64,000 nucleotides of DNA. Origin: Kiritimatiellia bacterium. Its GTDB lineage: Bacteria; Verrucomicrobiota; Kiritimatiellia; RFP12; UBA1067. The stretch covers positions 128,001 through 192,000 of the forward strand of contig JBMNFY010000010.1 of NCBI GenBank assembly GCA_050949565.1, given 5' to 3'. The notes beneath the pieces are model-generated. The model was not told the DNA's origin. It saw nothing but the letters and a program-made list of their open reading frames with translations, and searched no databases. A program made the position numbers and the translations under genes. Below are positions 57,701-64,000 of this stretch, piece by piece (the stretch's first letter is position 1; each line of letters opens with the position of its first letter).

Positions 57701-59378
57701 GTTGGCGGTGCATGTGTCGGGCGGTGTGCTTGAGGTGCGTGAGCGGTTCAACTGGATGGCCGACAGGAACGGCGCACGCGTGAACGAGGTCCGCTTGACG
57801 GGCGGCACGTTGCGTCTGCCGCCGACCTATGCGACAGTCGGCGCGCGGCTCAATCAGACCCGCCTGATCCTTGATGGCGGCGTATTGGAGAGCTGGGGTG
57901 GCGACATGAGCACTGGAACGCCGCTGGAGTATTTGTCGGGGCTCAAGCAGGCTTATGTGGGCGCTGGTGGTGCGTGGATCAATACCCGGGGACGTACCGT
58001 CAACTTGTCGCAGCGCTTGACGGCATGGGACGGCGGCGATGGCGGGGTCGTCAAGTGCGGGCCGGGTACTCTTGCTCTGTCCAGTGTTCCGTGTGTCACC
58101 GGACGGGTCGATGTCCGCTCGGGGACGTTGCGGCAGCAGCCGGACAACGGCGCGGTCTATCCGGACGATCCGCTGTTGCTACTGACGTTCGAGGACGGGG
58201 TGCTTAATGATCGTTCCACGTACAATCACACGCTGGGCGTTGTCGGGAATGTAGACAATCTGGTCAGTGTGGAACGCCCCGACGGCCATACCGGCGTGCG
58301 GTTCAACGGTTCCACGGCGCTGTATTTGAACTATCGTGACGATGTGCAGCAGGCGGACAGCTTTACGGTCTCGGCCTGGGTGCGGCTGTCCGCATACGGG
58401 GCGAACAATCAGCGCAGGACGTTTTTCGGCACCTTGGACGACTACACGGAAGATGCCCACGACTTCCTGTTGCGCGTCGTGGCAGACGGAGGGGGAACGT
58501 TCCGTTGGTTGGGGACGGGGCCCGACAAGCTTACTTATGGCCATCTTCTGGCCGATGTTGAGGGAGCGGTGCCCTTGAATACGTGGACCATGCTGACCTT
58601 TGTGGTGGACGGGCAGAACGGGTTTTCCATGTACGTCAATGGAATGCGCCGGACAATGAAAGTTAAGAAAGGGAGTGTAACGACGTTTACCGATTCGTAT
58701 GGCGCCGGACAGTCTTGGCTGCTGGTCGGCAAGAACGACGGCAAGGCTTTTAATATCGGGGCCGTTGCCAATACGGATACGGATTGTTTCACCGGCGATA
58801 TGGATGATGTTGCGGTTTATCGGCGTGCGCTGTCCGATGCCGAGATCGCCATGCTGTATGCCGCGAAAATGCCCTATGGACGTCGTGTGCGCGTGGCGGC
58901 CGGTGCGTTTTACGATCTGGCCGGCGCGGAGCAGGAGATTGATGAGGTGACGGGCGAAGGGAGGATCGACAATGGGACGGTTGCAGTGACCGGTCTCCTT
59001 GATCCTGGCCATGACCGCACCACGCCTGCGGGCGCAACGCTGACGGTCGGCGGCGGATTGACGTTGGCAACGAACGTCACCTATATCTGCGACTGGACGC
59101 CCGAGGCGAATGACTGTGTGGACGTTTGGGGAACGCTGACCGTTGAGGGTGCCGGATGTGTTGATCTCGGCTTGAGCGAGCCTTGGCAGATGCCGGGCGC
59201 ACCCCGCAACAAGGTGATCCCGATCATGTACTACTCGGCGATCGAGGGTGCCGCAAACTTTGAGCACTGGCAGGTGACGGGCACCGGGCGGTCAACGCGG
59301 GCGAGCATTCAGGCCGAAAACGGTGTGGTCGCCATTCTGCTCGAAGTGCCGAGCGGCACGCTGTTGCGACTGCGTTGA
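54744..59378 (+). CDS. Large secreted protein with autotransporter-associated beta-strand repeats and LamG domain
   Basis: Signal peptide; LVK.G.G.L.L and NSYAGGTVI repeats; FTVSAWV...WTMLTFV...GDMDDVAVYRRALS; C-terminal PSGTLLRLR. Confidence 0.88.
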   Translation: MDMNSACRCVWSVIACVLVGHASLWAADGTWSSGADGLWSETQNWQAGQVASGAGSVAYLSAVGVPVAIQNDMTGLALKGLVSRGGAYSLRGQPLTLQGAVSGDYGLVVEEGTLTVQSDVTLNTDMQFNVAGAGQLTTAGALAYSGNRTLVKRGDGEWVFAGTMGLTNASSYLDVRGGTLRLVSGAVLTKRGGDRQTFRVGSTTPGRVVVESGAALNVAAFMLGEGSSSATQGSGVLCVDGGVLTANSFADQGTLVGRYADSVFCVSNNAVAEFDRWLSLGAWARGELRIGSGGTVSAGQVSLGVILYEQADLNGGSYVHIGSGGTLAATDLFAWRSSGSGPRTNVVVVGDGNPGSGLLSVPATTRSANNVSFARLILDGGTLRTIGLRNSENNESLADYLYGLNQFWLGPGGGVIDTAGQDVTVVQQIARDPAQTKDGGLVKCGAGLLELDAVHTFSGATIVSNGVLRVSPAGELVDSPVTVAAGGVLSLQVAAGASKTLAGLVLEENAGLSITAPTWQALAAGVVSVTGDVVLAPVEVQLWGNGTITNGTYVLLTCQGTITGDPSAMRLLTGTFDKGYTFSVVGNELRLTVSTASAGAAVWISATGGAWADAANWAEAPGAGAVGLPVGFGDAIGAPASVTLNDAATVGELLFNSPHAYTLTGSGSLTLATSNEQSVVANVLRGTHVVDVPTVLQNDMLADTGGGELRLSGAVSGGGALTKTGGARLRLSGANSYAGGTVIESGAIDIAGDSPFGVGPVLLKPGSAIASKEQPARIANDVTMSGGVMWVGAYTPLTLDGDWTAAQGSSLLTKVATDELTFNGSLQPTAGGSVRLELRVGSVRFASGSNLKFDSGSIRDSIAFGPPGGVMAERALIVEPEARVDAGCLFVGDGATNRVSVLGGDIRLAGGGEHDDAMLLGNNNATESKLIVSGGSMMAADGTWSLLGITRGRSELAVGGGILSLAKVSCGIRDLVDTTSGSSALPLAVHVSGGVLEVRERFNWMADRNGARVNEVRLTGGTLRLPPTYATVGARLNQTRLILDGGVLESWGGDMSTGTPLEYLSGLKQAYVGAGGAWINTRGRTVNLSQRLTAWDGGDGGVVKCGPGTLALSSVPCVTGRVDVRSGTLRQQPDNGAVYPDDPLLLLTFEDGVLNDRSTYNHTLGVVGNVDNLVSVERPDGHTGVRFNGSTALYLNYRDDVQQADSFTVSAWVRLSAYGANNQRRTFFGTLDDYTEDAHDFLLRVVADGGGTFRWLGTGPDKLTYGHLLADVEGAVPLNTWTMLTFVVDGQNGFSMYVNGMRRTMKVKKGSVTTFTDSYGAGQSWLLVGKNDGKAFNIGAVANTDTDCFTGDMDDVAVYRRALSDAEIAMLYAAKMPYGRRVRVAAGAFYDLAGAEQEIDEVTGEGRIDNGTVAVTGLLDPGHDRTTPAGATLTVGGGLTLATNVTYICDWTPEANDCVDVWGTLTVEGAGCVDLGLSEPWQMPGAPRNKVIPIMYYSAIEGAANFEHWQVTGTGRSTRASIQAENGVVAILLEVPSGTLLRLR

Positions 59379-59431
59379 GTGTGGCTGGATTTTGGTGCAG
59401 AAAACTGTGAGATAACAAGGGCTTCTGAGGC

Positions 59432-62400
59432 ATGAGAAAAATGCACTGGTGGATGTTGGCGGTGATTTTGGCGTCGGGGACGTTGTATGCGCAGGAGGCG
59501 TCGCAACCGTTGCTGCGCGTCAGGCCGGGGGTGGCCTTGCCGTATAAGAGTAAATCGGTCACGATGGGGCAGGAATTTGTCACGCGTCAACCGCTCTATG
59601 TGACGGCCCTTGGGGTTGTCGATGAGAACGGCGACGGCCTGACGAAGGAGCTGTCTGTCAGACTCTATCGCGTGAGCGACGAGGCGTTGCTGGCTACCGT
59701 CACCGTTGCACGCGCCGCAGGTCCGGTGCGCGACGGGTTCCGGTTCGCCATGCTCAATCCGGCGGTGAAGATCCCGCCGGGACGCTATGTGGCTGCGACT
59801 GATTTCGAAGCGGATGGCGACCGCTACCTCTCTATGGTCGATGTGGCCGACTTCAATACGGCAGACGGCGCGATACACAACCCGAAGGTCGGTCGCTGGA
59901 GTTTTAGGGCGGACGAGTTCCCTGAGAATGCGCTGGCGAATAAGGACGGCATGGCGGTACACATGTGCGGTGCGAACCTGCTGTTTTCGCTGGATGCGCC
60001 AGCGCGTTGGACGGATGCGCGTCCGCTGGAACGTGTCATCGATCTGACCGACCACGAGGAGGCGCAACGACTGGAACCAGTTGCGGCGGGACCGGTCGAC
60101 CGCGAGGCGCGGCCGGTGGCGCGTGCGCTGTTGGCGGCGCTCAGCGAGTTGCCCGCCAAGAAAGAAGGGAAACTTTTAAGCGGCCAATTCATGGGCTGGT
60201 ATCCCTGTGTTTCTCTGGCCACGGCGAATGAGGTGTTCATGCAGACCAGCAACTGGGTGGCGGTCGCCGGTTTTGACTATTACGAAACGCACGTCAACAT
60301 GCCCGCAACCCAGCCCGCACGTTACAAGCCGCCGCGTTGGCAGGCGGTCAACGCGTTCATCAAGGAGTACTGGCGCGCGGGCGGCGTGGTGACGCTCTCG
60401 TGCCACATGACCAATCCCTGGAACGGTGGACTGGCGTGGGCCAAGGCGGGACGCCTCGAAGATCTACTCGACCCCTCGACGCCGGCTTACGCGCGTTACC
60501 GCGAGCAACTTGATGAGATCGCGCGGGGGCTGGCCGATCTGCAGGACGCGGGAGTGCCGGTCCTGTTCCGTCCGTTCCACGAGATGCAGGGCAACTGGTT
60601 CTGGTGGGGCGCCCGGCCGCTCGCGTACCGGCTCATCTGGCGCGATCTATTCCGCTATTTCACCCATGAGAAAGGCTTGCACAACCTGATCTGGGTGTGG
60701 TCGCCGACGGTGTCGTCACGGGCCATGGATTTCTATCCCGGCAATGCCTATGTGGACATGACCGGACTCGATATCTACGCGAACACGCTAAACGCGGCCG
60801 CACCGGTGTATGCCGAGTTGATGAAGACGGGCAAGCCCTTCGCGGTCACCGAGTTCGGCCCGCCGGGCAACGGGTTTGACAACACCTCGCCGCGCAACTA
60901 CGATTACGGTACTTTCGCTCAGCAGGTTCAGAAACACCTGCCTGACGCGGTCTTCTTTTTGGCGTGGCGTGATGCGTGGGGGCTGCACCGCAACCTCAAT
61001 GCCAAGGCGTTGCTCGATGATCCGCTGGTGCTCAACCGCGGCGAGCTGGATGTGACCGGACGCTTACAAGGCTTCGCGCATTTCGTGACGCGCGATGGTA
61101 ACCGGTTGGTGGACGGCACGCGCGAATTCCGTTTCATGGGCGCCAACATGCCGGGGCTGGTGGTGCCGTATGACTTCACGCTGCGTCTGCCGGAGCGGAT
61201 GACGCTGCCGACGCCGTGGGAAATCGAGGACGCGATGAAGACCTTGGCGCACATGGGCATGACGGTTGTGCGTACATGGAACCTGCCGATGCGCGGGCCG
61301 CAAGATCCGCTGCTGCCCTGGCATTATGTGCTGGCGCCGGGATGCTTCAATGAGGTAGCCTTTGTGACGATGGACCACATGCTGGCGTCCGCCAACCGGC
61401 ACGGTGTGCGTGTCATGATCTGTCTGACAGCCGGCTCGGGCGATTACCTCGGCGGTATCGGCACGTATGCCGCGTGGCGTGGGAAGAGACGCGCCGCATT
61501 CTTCACCGATCCGCAGTTGCGCGAAGACTACAAGACAACCCTCCGCTATGTGTTGAACCGCGTAAACACCGTGACCGGGATTCCCTACAAGGATGACCGG
61601 GCGATTCTGGCCTGGCAGTTCGGCAACGAGATTTCAAATGCCGAGCCGACTTGGCTGACCGAAATGGCCGCCTATATGAAGGCACTGGATCCGAATCATC
61701 TGGTCGCCGAGACGCGTCATCATCCGGCCTTTGCCGAACAGTTGATCGACCCGAACATCGACCTGTTGACGCGCCATTACTATACGAACTACAGGGAATC
61801 AGGAACCAACTGGGTGGCGGCGGTGCAGCGCGAGGTCGCGCAGATCAAGGGGCAACGCCCGTTCTTTGTCGGCGAGTTTGGCCCCTATATCGACGGCAAG
61901 GTGCTGACGCGCGAGAATGTTCAGGCTTCGCTGCGCGCGTTTCTCGACACCTGCATCGCCACCGAAGGCGTGAGTGGCGCTCTGTTGTGGAGCATGTATT
62001 TCCACCATGAGCGCGGCGGTTATTACTGGCACCAGATTTTCACTTATCCCAGTGTCTGGTCTTACCATTATCCCGGTTTCGCTAGCGCCGACGCGCAGGC
62101 CGAGATTGAAATCATGCGCGAGATGCGCGAGGCGGCTTTTCGCATCCGCGGCCTGCCGGTGCCGCCTGTGGCACCGCCCGATCCGCCGGTACTGCTGCCG
62201 TTCGAAGGGCTGGCGCTCTTCTCTTGGCGCGGCGCGGCGGGGGCGTCGGGTTATGATATCGAGCGTGCGCCTGCTCCCGAGGGACCTTGGACGCTGCTGG
62301 CGGAACATGTTTCGGATGCGGAGATCGCTTATCGGCCGCTCTTCTGTGATGAAAGTGCGCGGGCGGGCGAGAGTTGGTGTTACCGCGTGACGGCGCGTAA

Positions 62401-62896
62401 CGCCGGTGGGCGCTCCGTCCCCTCGAATGTGGTGGGGCCGGTCAAGCTGCGCGCCGCCTGTTTCGTCGAAGAGTTCGTCGATCTATCGCGTGCCGCCGCG
62501 CACTCGGAGGGGTTGGCGTTGGACAACACCTATAACGCGCGTTATGCCGAGCACATGTTCCGCGTGTGCGGGACAACGAATGCATGGATCGAGTATGCCG
62601 TTCCCGGGGCGGCGCGGGAGGCGCGCGTGACCGCCTTTTTTGCCACGGCGCAGGGTGAACCTGTGACGCCGCGTTTCTTGGCGTCGCGCGACGGAGAATC
62701 GTTTGCTGACGTGCAGCGCGTGCGGGCGGTTGAACGTGCCCACATCGCGCCGCCGCATGCGGGCGACGCAAACCGTCAGACGCAGGTGGATTACACGGTT
62801 CTGTTGCCCGAAGACACACGCCGCATAAAGATTGTGTGGGCGCGTCAGATGGCGCTCGACAGGCTGGAGATCGAGCATGCGGGGGCTGCTCGCTGA
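59432..62896 (+). CDS. Secreted bifunctional glycoside hydrolase GH26 + GH5 (mannanase-like) with FN3-like domain
   Basis: GH26: LFRPFHEMQGNWFWWG, YPGNAYVD, PFAVTEFG; GH5: WQFGNE, LDPNHLV, FFVGEFG, GALLWS. Confidence 0.9.
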   Translation: MRKMHWWMLAVILASGTLYAQEASQPLLRVRPGVALPYKSKSVTMGQEFVTRQPLYVTALGVVDENGDGLTKELSVRLYRVSDEALLATVTVARAAGPVRDGFRFAMLNPAVKIPPGRYVAATDFEADGDRYLSMVDVADFNTADGAIHNPKVGRWSFRADEFPENALANKDGMAVHMCGANLLFSLDAPARWTDARPLERVIDLTDHEEAQRLEPVAAGPVDREARPVARALLAALSELPAKKEGKLLSGQFMGWYPCVSLATANEVFMQTSNWVAVAGFDYYETHVNMPATQPARYKPPRWQAVNAFIKEYWRAGGVVTLSCHMTNPWNGGLAWAKAGRLEDLLDPSTPAYARYREQLDEIARGLADLQDAGVPVLFRPFHEMQGNWFWWGARPLAYRLIWRDLFRYFTHEKGLHNLIWVWSPTVSSRAMDFYPGNAYVDMTGLDIYANTLNAAAPVYAELMKTGKPFAVTEFGPPGNGFDNTSPRNYDYGTFAQQVQKHLPDAVFFLAWRDAWGLHRNLNAKALLDDPLVLNRGELDVTGRLQGFAHFVTRDGNRLVDGTREFRFMGANMPGLVVPYDFTLRLPERMTLPTPWEIEDAMKTLAHMGMTVVRTWNLPMRGPQDPLLPWHYVLAPGCFNEVAFVTMDHMLASANRHGVRVMICLTAGSGDYLGGIGTYAAWRGKRRAAFFTDPQLREDYKTTLRYVLNRVNTVTGIPYKDDRAILAWQFGNEISNAEPTWLTEMAAYMKALDPNHLVAETRHHPAFAEQLIDPNIDLLTRHYYTNYRESGTNWVAAVQREVAQIKGQRPFFVGEFGPYIDGKVLTRENVQASLRAFLDTCIATEGVSGALLWSMYFHHERGGYYWHQIFTYPSVWSYHYPGFASADAQAEIEIMREMREAAFRIRGLPVPPVAPPDPPVLLPFEGLALFSWRGAAGASGYDIERAPAPEGPWTLLAEHVSDAEIAYRPLFCDESARAGESWCYRVTARNAGGRSVPSNVVGPVKLRAACFVEEFVDLSRAAAHSEGLALDNTYNARYAEHMFRVCGTTNAWIEYAVPGAAREARVTAFFATAQGEPVTPRFLASRDGESFADVQRVRAVERAHIAPPHAGDANRQTQVDYTVLLPEDTRRIKIVWARQMALDRLEIEHAGAAR

Positions 62897-63089
62897 TTGT
62901 TTTTTAAACGCAGAGACGCGGAGACGCAGAGGTTGATTTTTGAATGCGTTTCATGGTTAGGATCGAGTGTTTTTGACTTTCAGGGTTGACTCTCTTCCCC
63001 TCCCTTTCGCATAATAAACGCCAATTTTGGAAGCGGGAACCCGTTCGTTTCCAGTCTATCTCTCTATCCTTTTTACCAGTTTAAAAGCA

Positions 63090-64000
63090 GTGATTCCAAT
63101 TCTCAAAGCTATCGCTGAAGGACGGTTGATCGAACTGCCGCCCTGCGATAAAAATCAGGCGCTCCGCACGCTTGCCGAGACGCTTTGTGCCTCTGCCGAC
63201 ATACCGGCGGGGTACAACGTGTTCGACAATGTCATTCGGCGTGAAGAGCAGGCCATCACCTACCTCAAATACGGTATTGCCTGTCCGCACGCCCGCTCGG
63301 AAGAGCATAGTGGCGAGATGGCCTGCGTCATAGGCTGGAGCCCCGACGGTCTCGATTACGGTAACACCGACGGGTGGCCGGTGCATCTGATCCTGATGTA
63401 CTACGTCCCTGGTTCTGCCCGTAATGCTTATTTGACCGAACTGGCGACGTTGGCCCGGGCGATCGAGGACGACGAGACCAAGCATGAGTTGGTCAACCTC
63501 AAGGATCTGGAGGACGTCCAGTCACGCCTCGAATCATGGATCGCGACGATTGAGGGGCGTGAAGACGCAGAGGATGATCGCGAACAAGTGCGCCGCTCTA
63601 CCAGCACAGTCCTTAGCCAACTGCTGATGCCCGACATCATCGAAATGCTGGAAGACCGGCGGTTTAATGACCTGCGCATTTTCCTTGCCGCGCAGCCTGC
63701 CCCGGAAATCGCGGAACTGATCGCGGCACTTCATGCCTCCGACCAGTTGCTGGTGTTCCGTCTGTTGCCGCGAAACATGGCCGGCGAGGTCTTCTCCCTG
63801 CTCGAATACCCCTCCCAGAACCTGCTGCTGGAAAACATGGCACAGGACGAGACGCGCCATGTTCTCACGGCGCTCACGCCGGACGACCGGACCGCGCTGT
63901 TTGAAGAGTTGCCGGCCAACGTGCTGCAAGGTCTGCTGAATCTGTTGAGCGATAAAGACCGCAAACAGGCTCTTAGCCTGCTCAGTTATCCGAAGGACAG
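63090..64000 (+). CDS. mgtE: PTS EIIA domain fused to MgtE magnesium transporter (runs off window)
   Basis: Hand-translated open frame from GTG at 63090: RREEQAIT..YGIACPHAR (EIIA), then VFRLL, AGEVF, PDDRTALFEELP, LLSYP (MgtE N-domain); not in ORF track. Confidence 0.85.
   Translation, partial: MIPILKAIAEGRLIELPPCDKNQALRTLAETLCASADIPAGYNVFDNVIRREEQAITYLKYGIACPHARSEEHSGEMACVIGWSPDGLDYGNTDGWPVHLILMYYVPGSARNAYLTELATLARAIEDDETKHELVNLKDLEDVQSRLESWIATIEGREDAEDDREQVRRSTSTVLSQLLMPDIIEMLEDRRFNDLRIFLAAQPAPEIAELIAALHASDQLLVFRLLPRNMAGEVFSLLEYPSQNLLLENMAQDETRHVLTALTPDDRTALFEELPANVLQGLLNLLSDKDRKQALSLLSYPKD

Overview
GC-rich bacterial chromosomal window, standard genetic code. The gene style suggests the PVC superphylum (Kiritimatiellae/Lentisphaerae-like); this is inference. 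Bases ~470-9250 hold a minus-strand cassette array that looks like a polymorphic toxin-immunity locus. It has one full-length secreted DxDxDG-repeat protein ending in an AHSLG alpha/beta-hydrolase, two intact membrane-anchored partner genes, a chimeric partner-N-terminus/hydrolase-C-terminus gene, two orphan hydrolase tails missed by the ORF track, and a partner gene cut by an IS-like inverted repeat. The rest is mostly housekeeping: beta-CASP nuclease, xseAB, YmdB-type phosphoesterase, rny, ubiE/menG, DeoR plus fused E1, nikR, lysS, kdsB-kdsA-lptCAB-hpf-hprK-HPr-EI, hisC and CANSDH. Secreted carbohydrate-active or surface proteins include a beta-helix protein, an SGNH hydrolase, an autotransporter-repeat/LamG protein and a GH26-GH5 fusion. 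The window ends in a PTS-EIIA::MgtE fusion. Intergenic regions are mosaics of heptamer/nonamer arrays, REP-like palindromes and decayed accessory genes (Phd/ParE, RhuM, DprA-like). No rRNA, tRNA, CRISPR array or intact transposase was seen. All family calls come from motifs read by eye, not from database searches.
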